Assembly: GCA_964016885.1 (NCBI GenBank)
Contig: OZ024742.1
Coordinates: forward strand, 83,700,001 to 83,764,000
Length of the DNA stretch: 64,000 nt
Source of the DNA: Eledone cirrhosa
Lineage: Eukaryota
Direction: 5' to 3'
Under the pieces are notes generated by a model. That model had not been told where the DNA came from. It was given only the letters and a program-made list of their open reading frames with translations, and searched no databases. A program made the position numbers and the translations under genes. This document shows, piece by piece, positions 53,210 to 64,000 of this stretch; the stretch's first letter is position 1, and every line of letters begins with the position of its first letter.

Positions 53210-53354
53210 TATTTAACGATCGTTTCTAGGGTATATATGTGTTATAATTGGTATGCATATTCAACAGATCTATGTACAAAATTATACAAAATTATACAAA
53301 TTATCAAGATTAAATATACATACCTAACACATATATACGCCGTCTTCAGAAATA
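53210..53354 (-). ncRNA. Type I hammerhead with ~120 nt rod-like stem II
   Basis: Minus: tattt CTGAAGA cggc gtatatatgtgtt..ggtatgtatatttaa..ttgaatatgcatacc..aacacatatatac ccta GAAAC gatc GTT aaata. Confidence 0.78.
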
Positions 53355-54178
53355 ATGAAGTATATTTATTGATAATAACAACAATTCAAAATATCAGTTT
53401 AAAATTGACCAATGAAAACACAAAGGGTTAAAAGCAGTTCGGTGTGTGTATATACATGTAAAATCCTTACACATATTTTACAATAATGTGTGTATAATTT
53501 GTATGCGCATACTAAAAAGATGGATGCAAACACAAAATTTCAAGGTTAATATCTCTGTAAGCTTAATGCGCTGATAAGATGCGCATTGATACTTATGGAG
53601 TCAAGCATATAAATATATTTTTTCATACTCACACATATCAGTATAAACACACATACATGCGCGTATATGCATAAATATACACATAACCACGAACATACAA
53701 ACACACACACTCCCCCACTCACATTTATATATGTGGATATAAAATCATAAGCACATAGAAATTAAGTCACTCACATAAAACACTGGCACACACATTTCAA
53801 GATCAAGATACAGAAATTTGGTGGGAGGGGGGGGAAGGGGTCAGTATTCAATTGTCTGAGCAGACTGCCTAATATAAATGTATCTATAAAATAAGAAAAA
53901 TAAAAAAATAAAAACAATAAAAAATATAATATAATGTACATACACATACAGATATATATACACATACATACATGTACGCGCACATAGAGATATTTACGCA
54001 TACACACATACACACATACATATACAGTCATACACACACATACACTTACACGAACATACACATACACATATAAAAAGATATATATATACACATACACACA
54101 CACACGCGCAACACATACACACATACACATATATATAAAAAATAGATAATAAAGATATATATCCATATATATATACAT

Positions 54179-54235
<57 letters not shown>

Positions 54236-54330
54236 TATACATATACATACACATACATCTAAATATACACATACATACATACACACATACATGTACATAC
54301 ATGTACATACATATACGCACATCGATATAC

Positions 54331-54369
<39 letters not shown>

Positions 54370-54707
54370 CACTCACATAGACATAAAGATACATACACAC
54401 ACAACTTACATACACACGTATATATATATATATATAGAAGTACCTTCATACATAGAATTAGATATATAATCATACATACATATGCACCTACTTATACTCA
54501 TACAAATAAATACATACGCTTCCATATATGTGTATATACATAAAAAAAATACCACCTCACCAAACTCAGACATACAAATGAAAATAATAATAAAAAAACG
54601 CATATGTATATACATACACACACGCATTAATAGAGATATATATATATATACACACACATACATACACATATATATATATACATACACACACACATATATA
54701 CACATAC

Positions 54708-54753
<46 letters not shown>

Positions 54754-54762
54754 TCACATAGA

Positions 54763-54807
<45 letters not shown>

Positions 54808-55100
54808 ATATATATCCACATACTCATACCACCATAAATATACATACAAACACCCACATGCATATATATATATATATCTATATACACACACGTATACACA
54901 TATATATATATATACACATATATATATATATATATACACACACATAAAAAACAGACATGCACATATATATATATATATATATATTTCATTACTCTTATAT
55001 ATACACATATTATATATACATACACAACCTCACTTATACACATATACACATAAGTTATATTACAATAATAATAAAGAATAATATACATATATATATATAC

Positions 55101-55132
<32 letters not shown>

Positions 55133-57013
55133 ATACATACATACACATACATACATACACATAAATATATACATACATAAATACACACATACGAATAAAG
55201 ACATATATTCACACGTAGACACCTATATATATATATATATATATATCTATATATATATATATACACATATATATACATATATATATACACATACACACAC
55301 ACACACACACACAGACACACATACACACTCACATATATATATATATATATGTGTATGTGAGTGTGCGCACATACACATATATACACACACACATACAAAC
55401 ACACACAAACACATACATATGCATACGTGCACACACACACACATATATCACATAGATACGAAGATAAACATATAAATAGAGAGACATACATATATATACA
55501 CAACACATATACACATACATACATACACGCATATACATATACATACATATATACACATATATATATTCCTATATATACAAGCATACACATACATACACAT
55601 ACATACACATACATACACATATATATACAACACATTCACATACACATACATATATAATACATATATATACATATATATACATACATATGTATGTACAATC
55701 ATATATACACACACAATCTTACATTCATATTTGCATGCTCATATATGTATTTTCATATTTAGATATAAATACCCAAACCTATATAGATACCTACCTACAT
55801 ATATAATCATACATAGACGCTTACAAATACAGATGATAATAGTATGGGGGAAAGGGGGGGTTTGGAGAAGGGGATCAAAGTAAATATATGTTTCAAGAAA
55901 CATATAATATTTTCCGTATCTTAATTCAATGTATGTTCTTACATATTTTAGTGCTAGGAAATACGAAATCTATGCATCTCAAAACAAATAAGTATACCAT
56001 TAATCATATGTTAACTAAACCAAAGATAGTCAACATATTGATTTCTAAGGTGTAAATTAGTTAGGTTTATAATATTTGAAGCAGAATTTTGAAGTCAAAC
56101 AGTAGTAGATTATTAATTACATTATAACTAAATTAAAGTTAATAACGTTATGGTATCAATATTAGGAGATGAATTTAGTAATAGGGAAAAGAAACCCAAA
56201 TAAAAATAAAATAAAGTATTACATCGGTAGTAGCATTTAAATTATATGTTAACTAAATTAAAAATTATATATTTATTTCAATAGTATACGTTAATTAGTA
56301 TATGTTAATTAGGTATACAATACATAAAGCAGATATTGTATTTCATCAATAGCATAATATAATTATATGCAAATAAAAATCAAAATTAATACGCATACAT
56401 ATACATATACATACACATACACATATACATACATATACACACATATATATATATATATATACATATATATACATATATACATATATACACACATAAACAT
56501 ACATACAGATACACATACACAACGCACACATATACATATACATATACATATACATATCTTATTCAAAAAATTGCACAGAATATATTAACTAGGTATATAT
56601 CCAAAACACATCCCATTCTATGATTACATGACATTCTGCAATTCGTCTGTATAAGGATACTAATTTTAAGCGAATTAAAATTAAAGTTTTAGGTTGATTA
56701 AAACTAAAACCAAATAATAAATATATTTCCAAAATGTATATTAATTAGGTCTATAATACTAAAAATTCTTTCTCCGTCATTGGATACATGATATTATTTT
56801 GTTATATTTTATCTGTAAAAGAATTATAATAAAAGGTTTAAATAAATTAAAATTAATCTATAAATTAAATTACTAAGTATATATTAGTAATATTTAAAGG
56901 TTTTTCACAATTTATGATTACATAATAATTTCTCAACTGTAATAAAATATTAATTAAATTAAATTTATAGGTTAACTAACATTTAAATTAAATTAATTTC
57001 TAGAATAATGTTA

Positions 57014-58749
57014 TTAATTAGGTTTATAATATTTAAATGTTTTTTTTAGTTTATGATTACACGATATAATTAATTCCTGTCGTTTATTTAATAAGATATC
57101 CTTAGACTTCATTATTTCAAATAGTTCTTGGGAACATAATCTACATTCCTTTCTATTATTTTGATAAGGGGTGGCTCTTTTGAGCACACTCCAGGTCAAA
57201 TCATATTTTATATTCTTATTTTTATAACTATTGATTTTTTCTGCTAGAGATGTTGTATTAGCCAGTGCGGCATTTTTAAAACTATGTTTGTGGGTATTAA
57301 ACCTTGTCTTAAAATTGTTAGAGGTAGCTCCTATATATGAGCAAATAGAATCTTTAGTTTTAACATTACATTTATAGACTATGTTGTTAACAAGACAATT
57401 CCCTTTTAATGGGCAGTTTGTTTTGTTTCTACAGTTACATCCTTTCGTTAATTCTGTATTTGAGGAGATATTATTGTTAATTTGATGTACTGGTGGTATA
57501 CTTATGGTTTTCTTACATTTATATGCATTATATGCACTTATATTTTGTTTTATGTTATTTGTTGTAGAGTATGAGAATTTAACTGTAGACCTATTTAAGA
57601 TTTGATGGTATTTGTGGTTTGGCGGGAAGTTTTTCTCAAGGATATAAAAAAATTTTTTAGCAATATTATCCTTAACTTGTAAATTAAAAGGAGCATTATA
57701 CCAAGTAACTCGTCTATTACGGTTTCTATGTTGTTTATTATTTTTATTATTTTTATAGGTTGTATCATGATTTTTACTAGGAGGATTAATGTTAATGATC
57801 TCACCACAACTATTTTTAGTTATATTTGTAGATTTAGGTGTTTTATCTTTTTTATTAGGAGTTTTATTATTAATATTTATTATAGTTGTATGATGAGTAG
57901 TTTTTTGAGGGTTACTATACTTTATATTAGAAGATTTAGTATTTTGGGGTATATTGTGGGTGGCATTTAGGTGTGTACTTTTCATTTGGTGTTTGTTGGT
58001 AATATTATGCTGTATGCTTTCAGTATTTTTAGTAGAAGGTATATACTCTAATCTATTTTTGTGGCCACTTCTATCTAGAGCTTCATTATAAAAGGTCGCA
58101 TTTTTATCAAATACATCTTGGTTAGAAGAAAGGTTAGAAATTCTAAGTGATATATTATATGCAAGGTTTTTAAGGATAGATTTAGGGTGATTAGATTGTG
58201 AGTGTATGTAATGTAAGTTTTGGTTAGGTTTATGGTAAGGTTGGTATATACCCGTAGCTAAATCTAAAGTTATATCTAGGAAATTTACTACTTTACTTGT
58301 TTTTTCAAAAGTAATATTAAGATTATAATAGTCTTTAAGGAAAGTTCTAATATGTTTTTTGTTTTTTTCGATTTCTGAAAGGCTAAGGTTGTTAGAAAGA
58401 AGAAGACAGTCATCACGATATAAACCACCTTTGAGGTGGGGAAAAGAGGCATTTATGTTGAAAAGGAGAAAGAGGCCCACAAGATCAGTAATTTGGGCGG
58501 AATCGCTTGAACCCATAGTAATATCAAAAAGATTACTGTATGTGTTTCTGGTCCAGTATTCATTCTGAAATTCAATAAGTGTTAGTCTAGCATGTGTAAT
58601 AATGTTAATGTCATCCGAAGTTAAATTAGATCTATTTTTAGCAAATATTAATGCTTTGTTCAGGAGTATGGGTGATATAGAAGAATAGTAATTATCTATA
58701 TCAAATTGTAGGAAAGAAGCAGAAGATTTACACCTAATATTTTTAAACC

Positions 58750-58752
<3 letters not shown>
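57014..58752 (-). CDS. Naiad-type PLE RT plus GIY-YIG (frame open upstream of the Met at 58516; 5'-truncated)
   Basis: [13 protein letters not shown] upstream, then [42 protein letters not shown]. Confidence 0.9.
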
Positions 58753-58832
<80 letters not shown>

Positions 58833-58916
58833 AATATATATATATAAATATATATATATAAATATATATATATAAATATATATATATATAAATATTTATA
58901 TATTTATATATATATA

Positions 58917-58956
<40 letters not shown>

Positions 58957-59183
58957 AATATTTATATATATATATATGTATATATATATGTATATATATA
59001 TGTGTATATATATATATGTGTGTGTATATATATATATGTATATATGTTTATATATATATATATATAAATATATAGTAATAATAATAAAATTGAAGACTAA
59101 AATCCAGAGAGGGCTCGATAAGGAAAATATATATCAAATATATAAGAACCGAAGAGCAAATATTTATTAAAATAACAGATTAA

Positions 59184-59234
59184 AGTTTAAGCAAAGAATC
59201 GCTGCTTTCACCCTTAACGGGATCTTCTGAAACT
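59184..59234 (-). ncRNA. Type I hammerhead, U4A core variant
   Basis: Minus: agttt CAGAAGA t ccc gttaa ggg t GAAA gcag cgattct ttgc TT aaact. Confidence 0.65.
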
Positions 59235-60160
59235 AACAAAGTCAATCTGTAAACGCAGAACTGGATATTTCAAAAAACGTTGCAACCGGAGGAAGACAGG
59301 AAGACGATACTTTGGTTCATGGTGACGTTCGCTGGCAAAGAACGGGAAAAAACGAATAATACGTCATTAATAGGAGCGGTGAAAAACAATTACGTGCAAG
59401 GACAGAACCACGTTTATAGTATAAAAGAGGTCGTAGACTAATGTTCTCTAAGTGGTGCATAGAGACGTTCTCTGGCAATGAACGAAAAAACGAAGATAAT
59501 AAGTCATATGTGGAGCGTGGAGAACAATAGCGTGCAAAGACAAAACCACGTAAATGGTATAGCAGAAGTCGTAGACTAAAATTCTAACTAGGGGACCGAA
59601 TGAATCTCCGCTACAGAGTTAAGAACAAAGTAAATAAATACAATACAGAAGTAATAGGAACAAATAAATACATACACGCAAACAGATACGTACATACACA
59701 AGCATACGCAAAACCTTACCATAGGTATACAAAACCACGCACATATAAATATGTGTATGTGTGTATGCTTGTGTACAAATAAATAAATAATTATATAAAC
59801 GTATATAAGTAAATAAATACGTATATACCAAGCGCACACACATACCTACAAATAAATACATGAAGGTTCGGAGACGTAAGTCAACTAAAACAAGAAGTAC
59901 ACATATACACACACCCACCATACGTACGAACCTGCATACTCACGCTGACGCAAAACTCCCATATACACATAACCAAGCCCTAAATACCAGAATATGTAAA
60001 AATTATACGCCAAAACAGTCAAATATACGTACGAGAAGGTATACATACCTTCACAAAACATACGGGTAATATATACTTACCTATGCAAATAAGTAAAGGA
60101 ATAAACAAAACATATACTTAGCTCCCACATCAAGACGTAAATATCCACGTATAGATCGTG

Positions 60161-62290
60161 CTATCCGTTAGGGTATAACGTAGGGCTGTAATACAGGAAA
60201 GTTTTGTGCAATTTATGTTTACAAGCCGAAATTGCCTCAGATTTTTTGTTTAAGATGTGGTCTGTGGCGTAGAGTATTTCCAGGGCCTCAGCGGCGCAGA
60301 AGTCACATGGTCTTTTATTTCCGTTATACGATCTAGCCCTAGCTAGGATCTCCCAGTGTACCTTATATTGGGTGTGGTTGTCTTTTAGACTCCAGATATA
60401 AGCTGAAAGTGACGTCATATTCCTTCTTAGAGGGTAACGAAAAGAATGGGTATGCATGTAAAGACGCTGCTTGAAACTATTGGCGGTTAACCCTATGTAG
60501 GCCCTACGGGACGTGGGTGTTACAACCTTACATTTGTAGACAATGTTACTATAGAGGCATTTCCCGGATAGGGGACAATCAGCCCGATTCCTACAATTAC
60601 AGTTAGTACTAACTACAGGGTTGCACGTGTTCCTACGGCTAGGTATTTTAGCTAAATTTGAAGCTGTGATGTTATGTGCAAGGTTAGGAGTCGTTGAGTA
60701 AGAAGTTTTAATAGTGTTTCTATTAAAAATTTTACTATATTTATGTGTAGGGGGAAAATGCTTCGTAATAAGGGAAAGAAAGATCTTAGCTAATGGTATG
60801 GCCACCTCCATATTATATGGTGGGTTAAACCAACAAATGCGACGGGATCTATTTCTTCTAGGTCTATACTCGTACTCTGTATATGCTACCTTATCGACAA
60901 ATCCACTTCGAGCAAGAGCTTCATTGTAATAATTGGAATGGTCGTTGAAAATGCGCTCGTTGGTGGAAAGACGGGAAAGCCTCAACGAAACGTTTTTTAC
61001 CAGGTTCTTGGTTATGCTGGCAGGATGGTTGGAATGCTTACTTATGTAATTAAGCGTATCATTCGGCTTTCTATACGGGTAATGCAACCCATTCAATAAA
61101 TTGAGGGTAACGTCGAGGTAATTAACGACCGAGAGATTGGCCTCAACCTGTATAGAGAGGTTGAAGCCTTTAAAGAAGGCTGTGAGTTCTTTTCTGAATC
61201 TGTCGCAAGCACGAGGTCCGCACTTAGTCATGGTCAAAAGGCCATCGTCACGGTACAAACCACCGCCCGCGTTGGGGCATTCGTCCTTGATAGAGAAAAG
61301 AAGGAAAAGGCCAATAAGATCAGTAACCTCCGCAGAGTCACTGGTGCCCATACTCACGTCGAATGGGGTACTATTGGATTTGTTAATCCAAATAGAATCG
61401 TCGAAATTAATCACCGACTTTCGGGCATTAAGGATGACATCAACTTCGAAATCCTTAACCACTGTGAGTGTTTTAGCGAAATTGATAGCTCTAAGGAGAA
61501 GTGGTAAAGTGATGGAGGAGTAGTAATTGTTGATGTCGAATTGGATAAAACGGCAATGTTCCTTGTTACATATGCCGTTGAACCAATCAATCACCGCGAA
61601 AGAATTGTTCCACAGTGCGAGAGGGGCCAAATTTCTAATTTCAGGTATAATTCTATCAAGAATCGTTTTACTAAGTCTACCTAAATCGGACTTCGTAGGG
61701 TTAATAAGCCGAATAGAGGGGTAGTTCGGAAAATTGGATTTGTGGTCCTTCAGGGTAAAGTGGGGAGAGATAGGGTTCAGGGGTTCGGTCCGGTCCAGGA
61801 TGTTGAGATCAGATGTGATTTTAAACCCAGCATCGTTGATTTCATTGATGACACACCGATTAGTTTTACGGTAATCCTTAGTTACAGCATTATGTAGTAG
61901 TTGATGGTAAGTACTGCGCTCCACTTGATATAGGTTGCCAGTTTTGTCGGAATGGACGTGCACGGCGTTAGAATCCTTAATAGAACGAATTCTATTCTTC
62001 AGGTCTTGCTGGAAGGAATTGCTCCTATTCCGAAATTTGATACTCCGAATGAGTTCCAAGACATCATTTTCGAAGGGTAGCAATGCTGGGTTCCACGGAG
62101 GGTTATTATAGGTTTTAAATCCAAATTTGTCCTGCTTGTTGTCTGCTTTTCGTGGATTATCGAAATAAAAGGCACGCCAACGCAACCTTTTAATGAACGC
62201 GTCTGTTTTCTGTATCAGGAGTTTTAGGTATGTTTTCCTGCTTGGTACGGGTATGTTCTTTGTAGAAATATTCAGATGTTGTTTCTGCAT
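60161..62290 (-). CDS. Penelope-like (Naiad-type) reverse transcriptase-GIY-YIG endonuclease, intact 709 aa
   Basis: STKNIP, RLRWRA, DKT.N.Y, TLKDHK, RLINP, FDINNYYSSI, FDVSMG, GLYRDDGL, SNHP, WFNPP, CNCR/CPL.G.C, IVYKC..YIG, CDFC. Confidence 0.95.
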   Translation of the reverse strand: MQKQHLNISTKNIPVPSRKTYLKLLIQKTDAFIKRLRWRAFYFDNPRKADNKQDKFGFKTYNNPPWNPALLPFENDVLELIRSIKFRNRSNSFQQDLKNRIRSIKDSNAVHVHSDKTGNLYQVERSTYHQLLHNAVTKDYRKTNRCVINEINDAGFKITSDLNILDRTEPLNPISPHFTLKDHKSNFPNYPSIRLINPTKSDLGRLSKTILDRIIPEIRNLAPLALWNNSFAVIDWFNGICNKEHCRFIQFDINNYYSSITLPLLLRAINFAKTLTVVKDFEVDVILNARKSVINFDDSIWINKSNSTPFDVSMGTSDSAEVTDLIGLFLLFSIKDECPNAGGGLYRDDGLLTMTKCGPRACDRFRKELTAFFKGFNLSIQVEANLSVVNYLDVTLNLLNGLHYPYRKPNDTLNYISKHSNHPASITKNLVKNVSLRLSRLSTNERIFNDHSNYYNEALARSGFVDKVAYTEYEYRPRRNRSRRICWFNPPYNMEVAIPLAKIFLSLITKHFPPTHKYSKIFNRNTIKTSYSTTPNLAHNITASNLAKIPSRRNTCNPVVSTNCNCRNRADCPLSGKCLYSNIVYKCKVVTPTSRRAYIGLTANSFKQRLYMHTHSFRYPLRRNMTSLSAYIWSLKDNHTQYKVHWEILARARSYNGNKRPCDFCAAEALEILYATDHILNKKSEAISACKHKLHKTFLYYSPTLYPNG

Positions 62291-62321
62291 GATGAATATA
62301 AGTCAGTAGAGTGCTCAACCG

Positions 62322-62372
62322 AGTTTCAGAAGATCCCGTTAAGGGTGAAAGCAGCGATTCTTTGCTTAAACT
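62322..62372 (+). ncRNA. Inverted copy of the U4A hammerhead
   Basis: Reverse complement of 59184-59234. Confidence 0.65.
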
Positions 62373-62419
62373 TTAATCTGTTATTTTAATAAATATATAT
62401 ATAAATATATATATATATA

Positions 62420-62639
62420 AACTCAGAGCTGTATGGGAGCATCCCAAAAGTCAGCTCAAAAGTGACACAGAGACTGAGGTTAGCTGGACATGCTCACCGA
62501 CATCCAGAGTTGACATTGCACTCAGTGCTCCTTTGGGAACCCCTACATGGACACACTAGAAGAGGAAGACCAAGGTTAACGTATGTTGATGCCCTAAGGA
62601 CAGACACTGGTCTGTTGGATACGCAGGACATGGCAGGAC

Positions 62640-62640
<1 letters not shown>
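62420..62640 (+). pseudogene. RTE-like LINE 3' coding fragment
   Basis: RLRLAGHAHRH...LLWEP.HG...RGRPRLTYVD C-terminal motif. Confidence 0.75.
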
Positions 62641-62695
<55 letters not shown>

Positions 62696-62700
<5 letters not shown>

Positions 62701-62893
62701 AACAAGTAAGACCCCGACGGCTGAGCTCAAGCCGTTTCGACGGCTAATTCTGCGTCCAGAATTAGCCGTCTAAACGGCTTGAGCTCAGCCGTCGGGGTCT
62801 TATTTGTTCCTATTACCCACTCTACTACCCTAAGTATTGAGTACTTTGGTGCGTTATGGTCTACCTGGTTCCTTACCACATTTCCTTCGTTAT
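62696..62893 (+). mobile_element. Short fold-back repeat family (copy 3 of 3)
   Basis: Hairpin 62696-62813; tail homologous to 10345-10423. Confidence 0.7.
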
Positions 62894-62897
62894 ATAC

Positions 62898-62949
<52 letters not shown>

Positions 62950-62987
62950 TATATATATATGTATATATATATATATATGTGTATATA

Positions 62988-63078
<91 letters not shown>

Positions 63079-63129
63079 GTATATATATATATATGTATAT
63101 ATATATATAAATGTATATATATATATATA

Positions 63130-63176
<47 letters not shown>

Positions 63177-63233
63177 GTGTGTATATATATATATGTGTAT
63201 ATATATATATGTGTGTATATATATATATATATG

Positions 63234-63291
<58 letters not shown>

Positions 63292-63325
63292 TGTGTATAT
63301 ATATATGTATATATATATGTGTGTG

Positions 63326-63357
<32 letters not shown>

Positions 63358-63379
63358 TATGTGTATATATATATAATTG

Positions 63380-63410
<31 letters not shown>

Positions 63411-63541
63411 GTGAGGGTTTTTTTACAAAAGGAAAAATAACCGAGGTGTCCTACACGAGTGAAAGTATAAAGAAAAAGAGATGAAATCGAAAATGCAACT
63501 GGAGTCTTATTTTTTTTTTAAATATATATATTTATTTGGTT

Positions 63542-63579
63542 CCTTTACTGGTTTCGCAGTTCTTCTGCTTTTCAAAAGG
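63542..63579 (-). ncRNA. Minimal hammerhead, U3-A8 variant (left arm)
   Basis: Minus: cctt TTGAAAA gcag aagaa ctgc GAAAC ca GTA aagg. Confidence 0.65.
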
Positions 63580-63651
63580 TGAGTTGAGATGGAGGGTCTG
63601 TGGTTTTTCTCACATCTGTGAGAAAAACCACAGACCCTCCATCTCAACTCA

Positions 63652-63689
63652 CCTTTTGAAAAGCAGAAGAACTGCGAAACCTGTAAAGG
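63652..63689 (+). ncRNA. Minimal hammerhead, U3-A8 variant (right arm)
   Basis: cctt TTGAAAA gcag aagaa ctgc GAAAC ct GTA aagg. Confidence 0.65.
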
Positions 63690-64000
63690 AACCAAATAAA
63701 TATATATATTTTTTAAAAAAATAAGACTCCAGTTGCATTTTAGATTTCATCTCTTTTTCTTTATATATATATATATATAGTTAAAAGAATAGAGGTGTAA
63801 CACACAAGTTATTATATATTGGTAAACGGAATAGAAAATGCTGACAAATTGTTCACAGTTGAAAAATGGTTTAATTAGGAATAAAAGAGTATTAGTGATT
63901 GTATGGGTTAGTATTCAGTTGTGGTTTTAAGTTTTTAAGTTTTTACCGGTTGCGCATTTCTAAATGCTTTTCAAAAATAATTTTGAGATAGAGTGTCCGT

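Larger units (their letters stand above)
53020..58752 (-). mobile_element. Naiad-type PLE, 5'-truncated, with a ~3.7 kb microsatellite-like 3' region (extent inferred)
   Basis: ORF 57014-58752 and a same-strand hammerhead at 53210-53354. Confidence 0.6.
59160..62396 (-). mobile_element. Complete Naiad-type PLE with inverted ~75 bp termini
   Basis: 59160-59234 is the reverse complement of 62322-62396; intact ORF inside; (TA)-rich flanks. Confidence 0.92.
63466..63765. repeat. 300 bp palindrome (2-nt spacer at 63615-63616)
   Basis: ctcaca-tc-tgtgag centre; mirrored ORFs in the track. Confidence 0.95.

Noticed and set aside
60161-62290. Selenoprotein recoding as reported for some Naiad elements
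   Set aside because: No in-frame TGA, ORF ends in TAG, and no convincing SECIS seen

Overview
AT-rich, microsatellite-dense eukaryotic DNA made almost entirely of retroelements; no host gene is recognisable. The SINE families suggest an octopus/cephalopod (inference). Contents: three degraded R4/Dong-like RLE non-LTR elements nested in (TACA)n, alternating with a ~600 bp non-autonomous element; one near-intact CR1/L2-group LINE; a mariner remnant and MITE; tRNA-derived SINEs; CRE- and RTE-like fragments; and many Penelope-like elements (PLEs), including one complete 709-aa Naiad-type ORF. The main signal, found by manual folding, is about 15 type I hammerhead ribozymes (HHRs) at PLE termini. 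Several have a minimal palindromic stem III but a stem II expanded to ~90-120 nt (long rod or branched), and several have non-canonical cores (CAGAAGA, CCGAUGA, UUGAAAA). They lie in fold-back palindromes (0.1-2.5 kb) and in a ~994 bp tandem unit resembling an oversized retrozyme. All structures and family calls are by eye and need computational and biochemical confirmation.
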